Of a stretch of DNA of 64,000 nucleotides, positions 20,910-31,461 are shown one piece after another (position 1 is the stretch's first letter; each line of letters opens with the position of its first letter). The translations under genes were made by a program, and so were the position numbers. Below the pieces are notes generated by a model. That model was given only the letters and a program-made list of their open reading frames with translations, ran no database searches and was not told the origin of the DNA. Origin of the DNA: an uncultured bacterium (GTDB lineage: Bacteria > Chloroflexota > UBA5177 > JANWHV01); contig CAWHAE010000012.1 of the NCBI GenBank assembly GCA_963827235.1, forward strand, positions 32,001-96,000, read 5' to 3'.

Positions 20910-21194
20910 ATGGTGGTGAGCACGATGAAAAGCAGGCTGGCGCGCGCGGCCGTGTATCTGGCCGGATCCGCGCTGCTCGCGGGACTTGCGGCGGCGGTGC
21001 TGCCCCAGCCCGAGTTCAACGCGCCGACGCCGGGCTTGCTGCCCGGCCACGACCTGGATGCCGGCGCCGACGAGCCGCTCATGGCGACGGCCAAGCGCTG
21101 TTCGCGATGCCGTGCGGTCATTCCGCGCGCCAGCCGCTTCTGCGCCCTCTGTGGTGCCGCGCAGCTCCCGGCCCCGGGCAGCAGGCCGCAATAG
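20910..21194 (+). CDS. Small membrane protein with zinc ribbon
   Basis: TM then CSRC..FCALCG, similar to the ribbon of the 18798 gene. Confidence 0.55.
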   Translation: MVVSTMKSRLARAAVYLAGSALLAGLAAAVLPQPEFNAPTPGLLPGHDLDAGADEPLMATAKRCSRCRAVIPRASRFCALCGAAQLPAPGSRPQ

Positions 21195-21464
21195 AACGGC
21201 GCCCTAGCGCCCCGGCGCGCCTGCACGTGCCCGGGCGTGCCGCGCCACTGCCGTGCGGGCGAGATCCCGAGTCGTCTCCACGTACGTCAGCCGCTGATCA
21301 GCCTCGCCATGACGCGGCCCTCCAGGGCGTCATGATGCGTTCATGTCACAGGTATTACACTCGTGACGCTGGCGCACAGGATGCGCCTCGCCAACGGCGC
21401 ATCGCGGCGACACCATCATAGAGTGTTCTTCCTTCATCTTCACTGCCGCCGATGCAGACGATAC

Positions 21465-21495
21465 AGCCCGGAAGCATTGCTTCCGGGCTTCTTCT
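21465..21495 (+). terminator. Terminator-like hairpin between convergent units
   Basis: AGCCCGGAAGC-ATT-GCTTCCGGGCT followed by TCTTCT. Confidence 0.55.
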
Positions 21496-21625
21496 ATCGC
21501 GCGGCCAATTCCCCACCGGCAGGGCCACGGGAAGTGTGCGAAACATCAGCTCGGGGGCTGTGCCGGTCGTGTGTGAGCACGGACTGTCACGCCCCTGCCT
21601 GTCACGGGCGGGGCAACGCTTGCTC

Positions 21626-22393
21626 CTACAGGCCCGGGCTGCCCTGCATCAGTCCGCCGTCCACGAAGACGGTCGTGGCGGTCATGTAGCTGGACCCGTC
21701 GTCGCAGAGAAAGGCCACGACGGCGGCGATTTCCTCCGGCCGGGCAACCCGGCCCAGGGGAATGGCCGCGTTCAACTTGCCCAGGGCGGACGGATCCTGA
21801 AGCGTCGAGTTGTTGATCGGAGTTGCCACGGCGCCAGGACCCACGCCGACCACCCGGATGCCGTGTTTGGCCAGCTCATCGCCTGCCGTGCGGGTCAGCA
21901 TGCGCATGCCGCCTTTGGACAGGCAGTAGGGCGCGTTCCCCGGCATCGGCCAGTCTTCGTGAACGGAGGAGACGTTAACGATGCAGCCGCTGCTTCCCTG
22001 CGCGATCATCTGCTTGGCGGCAATCTGCGTGCCGAAGAAGGCGCTCTTCAAATTGATGGCCAGTACCTGGTCGTACTGCGCCTCGGTGGTGTCGAGCACG
22101 GAGGTACGGGTCTCGATGCCCGCGTTGTTGACCATGATGTCCACGCGCCCAAAGCGCTGCACCGCCGCATCGATCAGCTTCCGCAGATCGCCGACCTTGC
22201 TCACGTCGGCCTCCACGCCGAGCGCCGCATCGCCGAGCGCGGCAACCTGCCGTTCCAGCTCCGCCTCCGCTTCCGGATGGCTGACGTAGTCGATCACGAT
22301 GCGGGCGCCGCGCCCGGCAAGCGCCAGCACGATGGCGGCTCCGATGCCGCTATTCCCTCCGGTGACGATAGCCACCTTGCCCTGCAGGCCCAT
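21626..22393 (-). CDS. SDR oxidoreductase, glucose 1-dehydrogenase-like
   Basis: TGGNSGIG, NNAG, SSVHE, YCLSK, DGG. Confidence 0.9.
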   Translation of the reverse strand: MGLQGKVAIVTGGNSGIGAAIVLALAGRGARIVIDYVSHPEAEAELERQVAALGDAALGVEADVSKVGDLRKLIDAAVQRFGRVDIMVNNAGIETRTSVLDTTEAQYDQVLAINLKSAFFGTQIAAKQMIAQGSSGCIVNVSSVHEDWPMPGNAPYCLSKGGMRMLTRTAGDELAKHGIRVVGVGPGAVATPINNSTLQDPSALGKLNAAIPLGRVARPEEIAAVVAFLCDDGSSYMTATTVFVDGGLMQGSPGL

Positions 22394-22931
22394 TCCGGCG
22401 TCCCCTTCCGCGCTCGCGACACAGTGCATGCTATGTGGCATGGTACCAAGGGCCCGCCTAACGCCGCGCCTCATTCTGCCGGCGAAATCCAAGGAGCATC
22501 CACCCCCGCGACCGCGGACATGATGCCCGCTGCCGTCGGCCACCGCGCGGTGCCCGTTCTCGGGACCGGACATCTTGTCCGCCCCGCCGGCGGTCCCAGG
22601 AGCGTGGGCTTCTCGGTGCCATGGGCAGCCCTCCTACGAGGGCGATGGAGTGCCTTCACCCGGGACGGCAGTCCCCCACCCGCTGCCATGACGCGATCGC
22701 AATCGCAGGTTACCGCCCCTCGTCCCTGCCATCCACAGCTGGAGGCTCATCGAGCTCGCTGTGCCGCATATGCAAGCGGGAAGGACCATTGTCAGGCCAA
22801 GGTGGAGCCCGCGGGGGCGGAGTGTACTCCGCGCTTGGTGGGGCATGAGACTCCCCACGATGAATCGTGCTGCATCGTATGCGAGCGCTGCCAATGTAGG
22901 TCCCGGCGTGGCCTGCCTTCAGGAGAAGACG

Positions 22932-23990
22932 CTACCGCTGGGTTCGAGGCGCCTGCACCTCGGGCGCGTGAGCCGCGCCGGTGTAGCCGGATGGCCACGA
23001 CTGGCCGGCCCGGGTCGCGGGCTCCGCGGAGGTGCTTCGGCCCTCCTGCCCGGCCATCGGATCCTGCAGGTAGGTGGCCACCAGGGTCACCTGCAGCTCA
23101 CCCTTCATCGAGTCGTCGACCACGGCGCCGAACACCACGTCAGCGCCCGGATCGGCGATCTTCTGGATGATCTCCGCCACCTCGTTCACCTCGAAGAGCG
23201 TATAGTCGTTCCCGGTGATGTTCAGCAGAATGGAACGCGCCCCTTCGAGGGAAGCCTCCAGGAGAGGACTCCTGATCGCCTGGCGCGCCGCGTTGGCGGC
23301 GCGATCGTCCCCGGCGGCACGCCCGATGGCCATGAAGGCGGTGCCCGCGTTGGCCATCACGCTCCTGATGTCCGCTAGGTCGAGGTTGATCAGGCCAGGA
23401 AGGGTGATCGTGTCCGATATGCCCTGGATACCCGCCCGCAGGACGTCGTCGGCGAGGGCAAAGGCCGAGCGCATGGTCATCTTCTTGTCGTTCAGCCCGA
23501 GCAGCCGATCGTTGGGAATGGTGATCAGTGTGTCCGAGCATGCCTTGAGTACCGTGGCGCCGGCATCGGCCACCTTGCGCCTCCTGGTGCCTTCAAAGAC
23601 GAAGGGCTTGGTGACGATGCTGATCGTGAGGGCGCCGGCTTCCCGTGCAATCGTGGCCACGACAGGCGCCGCTCCCGTGCCCGTGCCGCCACCCATGCCG
23701 GCGGCGATGAAGACGATGTCGGATCCCTGCAAGATCGACAGCAGCTCGTCGTGCGATTCTTCGGCGGCAAGCCTGCCCACCTCCGGATCGCCGCCGCAGC
23801 CGAGACCTTTGGTTACTTTGTCGCCGATCCTGACCTTGACGGCGGCCTGTGAGCTGAGCAGGGCTTGATTGTCGGTGTTGACGGCGATGGTCTCCAGTCC
23901 CTGTACTCGCTGATTGACGGTCCAGTTTATCGCGTTACACCCGCCGCCGCCTACGCCGACGGCCTTGATGGTAACCCGTGGGCTCTCCAT
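22932..23990 (-). CDS. ftsZ: FtsZ paralogue without the conserved C-terminal peptide
   Basis: GVGGGGCN, NTD, GGGTGTG, PFVFEG, NLDLAD (T7 loop), SPLL, VTLVAT. Confidence 0.92.
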   Translation of the reverse strand: MESPRVTIKAVGVGGGGCNAINWTVNQRVQGLETIAVNTDNQALLSSQAAVKVRIGDKVTKGLGCGGDPEVGRLAAEESHDELLSILQGSDIVFIAAGMGGGTGTGAAPVVATIAREAGALTISIVTKPFVFEGTRRRKVADAGATVLKACSDTLITIPNDRLLGLNDKKMTMRSAFALADDVLRAGIQGISDTITLPGLINLDLADIRSVMANAGTAFMAIGRAAGDDRAANAARQAIRSPLLEASLEGARSILLNITGNDYTLFEVNEVAEIIQKIADPGADVVFGAVVDDSMKGELQVTLVATYLQDPMAGQEGRSTSAEPATRAGQSWPSGYTGAAHAPEVQAPRTQR

Positions 23991-24166
23991 TGGATCCGCC
24001 TTTCGCAACACGCGACCCGATCCCATGCGCACGTGCACATCGGTTGACTTTCATACTAGCACCGGGCGGGCAGCTTGCGCCGGATAACGGGGTACAGGAA
24101 GACCGGCTGCGCGCGGCCGGCAAGCCGCACGCGCTCAGCACACTCGTCATCCGGCGATCGGCTGCC

Positions 24167-24451
24167 TCAGGCGAGCCACATCTGCTCGATCACCACGCCG
24201 CGGCCGTAGTAGAAGTGTACGGCTTCCTGGCTCCGGCCGGAGGCAGCCATCTCCTGCCGTGAAGCGGCGACTTGCCCGGCGGCAGTCTGCTGCACCTGGT
24301 TCATGCTGAGGTGCCGCACACCGGCCATCTCGGCAGACGTCGGCCGCCAGAGGGCCACGGCAGCCATAGCCCGGCTGGCCTCGTCCTGTGCCTCCAAGGC
24401 GTCGGCCAGTATGTCGATGAACTCCGTGTGCCGAGCCGTTGCTCCTGGCAT
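24167..24451 (-). CDS. Hypothetical protein
   Basis: 94-aa ORF with AAAGG before ATG, between the amidase and ftsZ. Confidence 0.45.
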   Translation of the reverse strand: MPGATARHTEFIDILADALEAQDEASRAMAAVALWRPTSAEMAGVRHLSMNQVQQTAAGQVAASRQEMAASGRSQEAVHFYYGRGVVIEQMWLA

Positions 24452-24507
24452 CGCCGAACCTTTCCGCTCGCTACCGTATTCGGCAGAAAGGGCCGGATCT
24501 TTAGTGC

Positions 24508-25584
24508 TCAGGCTTGCGAGCGCTGGAGGCCGGCCGGCGCGAAGAAGCTGTCCACGGCCTGGGCCAACCCGCGGGCGATCGCCTGCTGGCCGGACCCGCT
24601 GGCTGCGACGTCGGCTTCGCTGGGCCGGCTCAGGAACAGCGGCTCGATCAGTATGCCGGGCATCGTGCTTGGCCGGCTTAGCCAGCCGGGTGCGGCCGGT
24701 CCAAGCTCGAGCAGATGACCATAGCTTGCCGCCTCGGCAGTGTAGGTCGGCGTGCCCACGCTGCTGTCGTCCGCCATGCCGCGGTCCGGCACGGGCCACC
24801 CCGACGCATCGAATTGGGCGAGCACGTCGCGCTGCGCCAGGCCGGCCAGGCGCTCGTTGGCCGCGCTGAAGGGTCGAGCGCTATCGTAGATTGTCTCCGA
24901 GCCGCCCACCGTCGGGTCTGAAAAGGCGTTGAAGTGCAGCGAGATGAGCATGTCCGCGCGGGCGGCATCGGCGCAGGCAATGCGCGCCGCCGTGTCGTCG
25001 TGCTCGCCCGTGAGCGTGAGCTGCCCCGCGCCGACGTCATCCGGGGTGGCGACCGTGACGAGTCGATCGTCGATGCGCGACATCACCACGCGAAACCCGT
25101 CCGCGCGCAGATCTGCCAGCAGATCGAGGCCGGTGGCCAGGGTGAGCTGTTTCTCGTACACGGTCGCGCCGGCACTCGTGGAGCCGTACGTGCCCGAATC
25201 GACGCCGCCGTGACCGGGATCGACGAAGATGGTGCGGTGGCGGTCGCCGCGCACGGGGCTGAAGGCCAGGCAGGTTCGAGGCGCGGTGCCGGCCTGGATC
25301 GGCGTTGCGTCCAGCAGCAGTGCCTGTATGTCGCCCGGTCTCGCGCTCTTGCCGCCGGGACGTTCCGTGCTCGCGACAGAGCCGGCGCCCGTCGACATGG
25401 CGCGCAGACTGCTGCCCGCGAAGGAGACCCGCAGCGCCGCTGCCAGGCACAGCAACAGTGTGAGAACGCACGTCGAGAGCCGGGCCCATGGCGCCTTGCT
25501 CGCGGTCGCCGGCAGCCGTATGGCGCGGTCCCGCACGAGCACGGTCAGCCGGCGAGTCAGCTCCTGCCGCGGTGAGCGAATCAT
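24508..25584 (-). CDS. N-acetylmuramoyl-L-alanine amidase (Amidase_3)
   Basis: DPGHGG, YEK, SLHFN, LIEP motifs; N-terminal TM; ATGA overlap with the upstream gene. Confidence 0.88.
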   Translation of the reverse strand: MIRSPRQELTRRLTVLVRDRAIRLPATASKAPWARLSTCVLTLLLCLAAALRVSFAGSSLRAMSTGAGSVASTERPGGKSARPGDIQALLLDATPIQAGTAPRTCLAFSPVRGDRHRTIFVDPGHGGVDSGTYGSTSAGATVYEKQLTLATGLDLLADLRADGFRVVMSRIDDRLVTVATPDDVGAGQLTLTGEHDDTAARIACADAARADMLISLHFNAFSDPTVGGSETIYDSARPFSAANERLAGLAQRDVLAQFDASGWPVPDRGMADDSSVGTPTYTAEAASYGHLLELGPAAPGWLSRPSTMPGILIEPLFLSRPSEADVAASGSGQQAIARGLAQAVDSFFAPAGLQRSQA

Positions 25585-26744
25585 CTCCCAACCGCCGATA
25601 GCCTGTACACCACGCCTGCCTGATCGTCCGATATCAGCAGACTGCCGTCGGCCGCTACCAGCAGCCCCACCGGCCTTCCCCACACGCTGCCACCATTCGA
25701 GGGAAGCCAGCCCGTGACCACGTCTTGCGGCTGTCCCGCTTGGGTGCCGTGTACCGGAATGAACACCACCTTGTAGCCGGTCAGCTGCGAGCGGTACGCC
25801 GAGCCGTGGAACGCCACGAAGATACCGTTCCGATAGCGCGCCGGCAGCCGTGTCCCGCCATAGAAAGTCAGGCCGAGCGGTGCCGAGTGCGCCTGCATCG
25901 ACACGACCGGGCTGACGGTGCGCGCGCAATACCCGGGCGCCGAGGACACGGAAGGGTCTTTCTGCCCGTTGCCCCAACAGTACGGCCAGCCGTAGCTCGA
26001 TCCCTGCTTGATTATGTCAACTTCATCCGGGGGGATGTTGTCGCCCAGCAGATCTTCGCCGTTATCGACCGCCCACAGCCTGCTCGCACCCGGTTGCCAG
26101 GCCAGTCCGACCGCGTTGCGCAGCCCGCTGGCGTAGATGACGCCGCCCGTTCCGTCGCTCCGGTACCGCATGATCACGGCGCGGCTCGTGTAGTCGACGC
26201 ACTCGTTGCAGGATGAGCCGACCGAGACGTAGATGGACCCGTCTGGGCCGAAACTCAGCGTGCGCGTGATGTGCCGCCCGCCGGTAGGCAGGCTAGGGAT
26301 CACCACGTGCTCGCCGGACACGCTCACCGCCGCCGGATCGTAGCTCCATCGCGTAACCTGTCCCTCCTCCGCCACGTAGAGCGAGCCATTGCGGTAGGCG
26401 ACGCTGTGCGGAACGGTCAGGCCGCTGAGCAGGGTCGCGGCGCTGGTCGCCCGTGAGCCCCCGGACCGGTTGAGCAGCACGCTGACCGTGCCCGCGTACC
26501 AGCTTCCCACGAACACGTCGCCGCGCGGTCCCAGGGCCATGAACCTGGCGTTGGGCAGCCCGCTCGCGTAGAGCGAGACCTGCAGATCCGGCGGCGTCTG
26601 CAGCGTGTGCTGGCTGCCGTCGGGCAACGTAATGGTCGAGATGCCGGACGCCGCTCGCGCCACGGGCATGCCGGTGCCGGCATGCGGGAGAGCCAGCGTG
26701 GAGAGCAGGGTGAGAATGAGGATAGGCTTTTGCCAGTGGTTCAC
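25581..26744 (-). CDS. PQQ-dependent sugar (sorbosone) dehydrogenase family protein
   Basis: Signal peptide, GSSCN, GLRNAVG, YGWPYC, AHSAPLG, GRPVG, SDD. Confidence 0.88.
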   Translation of the reverse strand: MNHWQKPILILTLLSTLALPHAGTGMPVARAASGISTITLPDGSQHTLQTPPDLQVSLYASGLPNARFMALGPRGDVFVGSWYAGTVSVLLNRSGGSRATSAATLLSGLTVPHSVAYRNGSLYVAEEGQVTRWSYDPAAVSVSGEHVVIPSLPTGGRHITRTLSFGPDGSIYVSVGSSCNECVDYTSRAVIMRYRSDGTGGVIYASGLRNAVGLAWQPGASRLWAVDNGEDLLGDNIPPDEVDIIKQGSSYGWPYCWGNGQKDPSVSSAPGYCARTVSPVVSMQAHSAPLGLTFYGGTRLPARYRNGIFVAFHGSAYRSQLTGYKVVFIPVHGTQAGQPQDVVTGWLPSNGGSVWGRPVGLLVAADGSLLISDDQAGVVYRLSAVGR

Positions 26745-26881
26745 GGGTACTCACCTCCTGAGCATGGTGGCCAATCGCCATAGTCGGGACCGGCTTGGCG
26801 CGATGTGTTTCCTCCCTACCTACTCCGCATTGGTCCGAAGGCCGCGGCTGGGGAAGGCCACGCGCATGACGCCTGGGCTCG

Positions 26882-27739
26882 CTAGCCGCCGTTACTGGCG
26901 ATCTCGGTGCCGATCCAGCGCACCAGAATCGGGTTTGCGCCGGCGAGCGATGCCTGGCGCAGATAGGTGCGTGCTTCGGTCGCGTGCGCCAAGTGCGCCT
27001 CGTCCCAGGCCATGGCGAGATAGTGATAGGCGGTGGCGGCACTCGCCGGCGCGGACGCGGGAGTGACGTCCACCTGGTAGCCCTTCACCAGGGCCAGGTC
27101 GTGCTGATAGGCGTCGACCTGCCGCCAGCCCGAGGCGCTCAGCGACGCGGACACCGCAGCCTGGTAGGCCGGCGGGTACAGGACCATGAACGCGTTGTCG
27201 CGTAGGGCCCAGAGCCGCGCGAAAACGTCGTACGGGAGGCGGTACCCGGCGCCCAGGTACGTATCGTTGGTCACGAATACACCGGCGGCATCGTCGTACG
27301 CCTCCACGGGCCGCCAGTGTCCCGTGTTGTCGCTCGGGCCTACCGTCTGATGGACGATCACCGGGAGGCGGTGCTGGACGAGATACTTGATCAGGCGGGG
27401 GCTGCCGCCCACACCCATTAGCGTGCGCAGGCCCAGGCCGCGGGCATACGCCGGCACGCCGTAGGGCGTCGTGCCGACCACCGGCCCGTCCACGCGCAGC
27501 ACGGACTGCACCTGCCCTTGCGTGCGCGCTATGCCCCAGTAGGCGAGTACCTCGGCGATCGTCGCCGGGCCGCAATTGTTGTAGGTCTGCGGGATCTCGA
27601 TCAGAGGACCAAGGCTGGCCGCGGAAGGCGGGGCGGGTGCTGCTTCGGCGTGGCGAGCCAACAACGGGCCGCTCAGCGTCCCGCCAAGCACGCCAAGCAG
27701 GAACGTTCGCCGGCCTATCGACATGTTCATAGACACCAT
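26882..27739 (-). CDS. Tat-exported C39-like cysteine peptidase
   Basis: RRTFL twin-arginine motif; QTYNNCGP, GHW, ND. Confidence 0.8.
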   Translation of the reverse strand: MVSMNMSIGRRTFLLGVLGGTLSGPLLARHAEAAPAPPSAASLGPLIEIPQTYNNCGPATIAEVLAYWGIARTQGQVQSVLRVDGPVVGTTPYGVPAYARGLGLRTLMGVGGSPRLIKYLVQHRLPVIVHQTVGPSDNTGHWRPVEAYDDAAGVFVTNDTYLGAGYRLPYDVFARLWALRDNAFMVLYPPAYQAAVSASLSASGWRQVDAYQHDLALVKGYQVDVTPASAPASAATAYHYLAMAWDEAHLAHATEARTYLRQASLAGANPILVRWIGTEIASNGG

Positions 27740-27949
27740 GGATCGTTTGAGTAGATTACCGGGTGCCGCAGGTGTGGCGCCCGCGACGGGGGGATTGTCC
27801 CATCTTCTTCCAGTGTACGGGCGCTCTATGATCGCTTCGTGACAGGATGAGGGGCCCATCTACGGTCTGCGATTCGGCGGTTCGGTCGGCCGCTCCCGGG
27901 ACCACGGTCGTCTGCGTCCGGACGCAGACGACCGTGGCACCTGACGGGC

Positions 27950-29356
27950 CTAGGGCGTGATGATGGTGCGACCGCCCACGATGTCGGTGCGTGTGAAGCC
28001 GTGCGTGTCACCGACGAACGGAGCGACCATCGCTTGGCAGGCGCTCTCTCGCGGGTCGTCGTCGGAGCATGCATCGAGCGAGCTATCCGTGGCGACGAGC
28101 AGGTACTGGTGGCCGGACTGCGGGCTGAAGGTGATCGGCGCGGAGCCGGCCTCCGGGCAACCGGCTGGACCGTAATCCGCATCGAGTGAGCCGAGGTCGG
28201 TAAACGCGCCGCCTGCCGTCTGGTCCTGGATCCACACCTCGACCGCTTGCTGATCGGCAGCGCAGTTCAACACCTGCTCGGTCTTCACACCGCGCGCCGG
28301 TGGCGGGGTCGGCGACGGAGACGGCGATGCGCCGGAGGTCCAGGTGAGGCCGACGCCCCAGGTCTGGTCACCAGGAATGAGATACGCATGCGCGGCGCTG
28401 TTCCACAGCGCGCAAGCCGCGCAGCCAAGCGCGGAACCGGCACTAGACCCACCGATGGCGTACCACTGGTACACCGGCGTGGACGAGAACTGCAGGTCGA
28501 CGCCAAACGTCTCGTGGCCGTACTTCAGCCAGCCGCCGCCCCAAACCTTGAGCGCCAGCGCCTGCCCAATCATCAGATGCGGCCCGCCCTGTGCCTCGAC
28601 CCGCCACAGAGAACTGTTCCCCCAAGTCAGATTGACGCCAAAGGTCCGATTGGCGTACCTCAGATTCTGAAAGGTGTCCGCGTTGAAGAGACTACCGGTA
28701 CCGTCGTTGACGTCGGTCAAGCCGCCCCACATGAGCACGGGAAAGGGGATCGTTTGCGGAAATCTGCTGGGGTCCGGACGCACCGTGCACTCCTCGGCGG
28801 TGTCGCCAACGTCCGTGGTGTTGTACGCGGCGATCATGTAGCACTGGCCACTCAGGTTGGTGCTGGTATCCACCCAGCTGTAGCCGGTCCCGGTGCCGCG
28901 CACATCACGGCTCGCGACCTGGTAGACGATCTGCCAGTTACCCGACAGGTCGCGGCGGAACACCTGGAAGCCCAGCTCGTTATTGGAGCGGTCATACCAC
29001 TGCACAGTCACAGCCGATGCCGTGGCCTGCAGAGGAGAGGTGCCGGGAGCGGTGACAGTGCAGTTCGGCAGCACGGGCACCGGGGTTCCCACGACAATTG
29101 GCTTCATGGCTGCCACTGCATGCAGCACGTCGGGCCCGGGCAATGACCCGCATGCCTGGGTGTCGGCCGTCCGCATCCCGTTGGCATGTGCCGCCGGGAC
29201 GGGCGTCGCAGGCGTGAAGACCTGGCTGCTCATTGCCGGGGCACCCGGCGTGGCCAAGCGGGTGCCGGCATAGGCGGGGCGGGCCGCGGCCAGCACGAGC
29301 ATGGCCAAGGTGGCCGCGGCCACCAGTCTGCGTGGACACTTGAGCTTGCTCATCAT
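27950..29356 (-). CDS. Secreted FN3-like domain protein
   Basis: Signal peptide; W.DRSNNELGFQVFR..CY.I.AYN. Confidence 0.7.
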   Translation of the reverse strand: MMSKLKCPRRLVAAATLAMLVLAAARPAYAGTRLATPGAPAMSSQVFTPATPVPAAHANGMRTADTQACGSLPGPDVLHAVAAMKPIVVGTPVPVLPNCTVTAPGTSPLQATASAVTVQWYDRSNNELGFQVFRRDLSGNWQIVYQVASRDVRGTGTGYSWVDTSTNLSGQCYMIAAYNTTDVGDTAEECTVRPDPSRFPQTIPFPVLMWGGLTDVNDGTGSLFNADTFQNLRYANRTFGVNLTWGNSSLWRVEAQGGPHLMIGQALALKVWGGGWLKYGHETFGVDLQFSSTPVYQWYAIGGSSAGSALGCAACALWNSAAHAYLIPGDQTWGVGLTWTSGASPSPSPTPPPARGVKTEQVLNCAADQQAVEVWIQDQTAGGAFTDLGSLDADYGPAGCPEAGSAPITFSPQSGHQYLLVATDSSLDACSDDDPRESACQAMVAPFVGDTHGFTRTDIVGGRTIITP

Positions 29357-29690
29357 TCTGTACTCCTCCAATTCCTCTGACGTGAGGTCTACGACGCATG
29401 CGTAGTCCCTCTCCTCCAACGGTGAGGCCAGGGTGAGCTCCGCAGGGGCATCGACGACGGGTAGGGACCGACACCACGCGCCCGCGGGGCACCCGCCTCA
29501 GCGGGTTGCACCCGCTCCGTCCGCTGGCGTATGCAGATGCCGCCTTGGCCTCGATACTCGGAAGTCTGCGCCACATTGCAGCACGCCACCACCCAACACC
29601 CACAATGCTCCCCCCAAAATAGACCCTCAAGTTCGCGGCAGCTACGGTCCTGGAACACGGGAGACAGCCTCCCGTGGCTGAGCGGCAAGC

Positions 29691-30941
29691 TCAGTCTGTC
29701 ACGCGTGCTGCACGGGTCATGCTAAACACGCCCAGGAATAGCACGCTGCCGAGTGCGGTTACGATCGCGCTCGAGAGGAACAGCATCGGGTAACCGACGC
29801 GGGAGATCAGCTGTCCGGCGCCCCAGGCACCCAGAGCAAAGCACAGGTTGAACGTGCCCGTGCGCAGGCCCGAAAGCAACGGCCGACGCTGCGCAGGGAC
29901 TGCGGCGAGGGTGAAGTGCGCGTCGAGCGCGCCGGCAGTGGAGACGAGCGCGGAGCGCACCACAAAGCCCAGCATGGCCAGGAACGGCAGCAGCATGCCC
30001 AGACTGAGAGCGACGAGGCAAGGGACCAGCGCCATGCGCATCACCGCAACGGCCAGAATGCTCCCCACGCGACGGCTCACCCGGGGCCCCAGCAGGCTGC
30101 CGACCACGCCCAGGAGCGAGGCGAGCGCAAAGAGCACGCCGATCAGGAGTGTGGGCTGGCGGAGCTGCTCCGCGAAGTAGACGTTCATGAACGGCCCCAC
30201 CAAGCCGCAGGCGAAGCTGTACAGGGCCATGGTGACGACCACGGCACCGGCGGTACGCCTGACCGACCGAAGCGCCCAGCCATTGCCCAGGGCTTCGTCG
30301 ATCTGGGCCTGCGGCGGTTGCTCGGCCGGTGTCGCCGGCGGCAGCAGCAGGAGCGGGCAGCCGACCAGGGCTACGCCTGTGGTGATCAGCAGTGCGCCGC
30401 GATAGGCAGCGGTCCCGCTGGACGAGCCAAGTGAGAGCAGCGCGGCAAGGATGCCGGGCAGGGTCCCTGCCAGGATGCTGCCTACCACGGCGGCAAGGGC
30501 CCAGGCGGCATACAGCCTGCCGAAGGCGGTAGCCCGTTGCGCGGCAGGGACGCTCTCGCTGAGCAGCGGGGCCACCGGCACGGCGCTCAACGCCTGCGCA
30601 ACCCCCCAGATGAGTGCGGACAGTGACAAGAGCAGTGGGGCTGCCTCTATCGCCAATGCCACCTGGACCACGACCAGCAGCACAGCCCCGATGATGAGGG
30701 TTCGCCGATGGCCCAGGTTGCGCGTGAGGGCGCCGATGGGAATGGCACTCACTCCCAGCGCCAGCAGGCTCAGGGCATTGAAGGTGCCGATGAAGGCCAA
30801 CGATTTCCCAACGCTGGTCAGATAGAGATTGTAGAGGACGCCGAAGGTACCGATACCGATGTTCAAGCAGATCTGCGAGAGGAGGACGACGTGAACCGCA
30901 CCGCCGTTCCGAAAACTGGCAGGCCACCTGACGGTCGGCAC
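29691..30941 (-). CDS. MFS transporter
   Basis: About 12 hydrophobic segments, YNLYL, PFMNVYF; start approximate. Confidence 0.85.
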   Translation of the reverse strand: MPTVRWPASFRNGGAVHVVLLSQICLNIGIGTFGVLYNLYLTSVGKSLAFIGTFNALSLLALGVSAIPIGALTRNLGHRRTLIIGAVLLVVVQVALAIEAAPLLLSLSALIWGVAQALSAVPVAPLLSESVPAAQRATAFGRLYAAWALAAVVGSILAGTLPGILAALLSLGSSSGTAAYRGALLITTGVALVGCPLLLLPPATPAEQPPQAQIDEALGNGWALRSVRRTAGAVVVTMALYSFACGLVGPFMNVYFAEQLRQPTLLIGVLFALASLLGVVGSLLGPRVSRRVGSILAVAVMRMALVPCLVALSLGMLLPFLAMLGFVVRSALVSTAGALDAHFTLAAVPAQRRPLLSGLRTGTFNLCFALGAWGAGQLISRVGYPMLFLSSAIVTALGSVLFLGVFSMTRAARVTD

Positions 30942-31461
30942 GGCTTTACCAATCCCGAGCGGCGCGGCCGCCGCACCTGCTCTCGAGTCCAGGATGACGC
31001 CCCAGCGCGCGCCCCTCTGGACTTGCGGGCAGCCCCTGCGTACTCCGACCCGCACAGCGCAGAAAGCCGGCAGACCGGGCACGATTCGCACGAGCAACTC
31101 AAGCAATGCCGTGATGATACGTCCGGGCCTAGACCGGTGCCAAGATGTGGTCCGGCACTTCGCGGTGAGGGGCGCCACATGGGCGCCGGGAGGCCGACCC
31201 TGATGCCGGAGCGGCTGAGGTGCGACCTTCCGCGGTGCTCCAATGGGCTGACCGGCGAGGTCGTGCCGTTCGCTCTTCGCACGCGACGTTGACGCTTGGC
31301 AGTGGTCACGCCGGCCATGCGCCGCCGGCTCGGAGCCGCGGTCCCAGCGCGTTCCTGTACCCATGGAGATGCTCGCACGGTACGGCGCGTCCATGTGCTA
31401 TGCTGGCCCCACCAGGCACATTGCCTAGTGCATTAGCTTGGGCACGCAGCGAGTTGGGGCG

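Noticed and set aside
29656-29694. Two short hairpins after the MFS gene as an ncRNA
   Set aside because: Short GC stems, most simply a terminator region; no further support.
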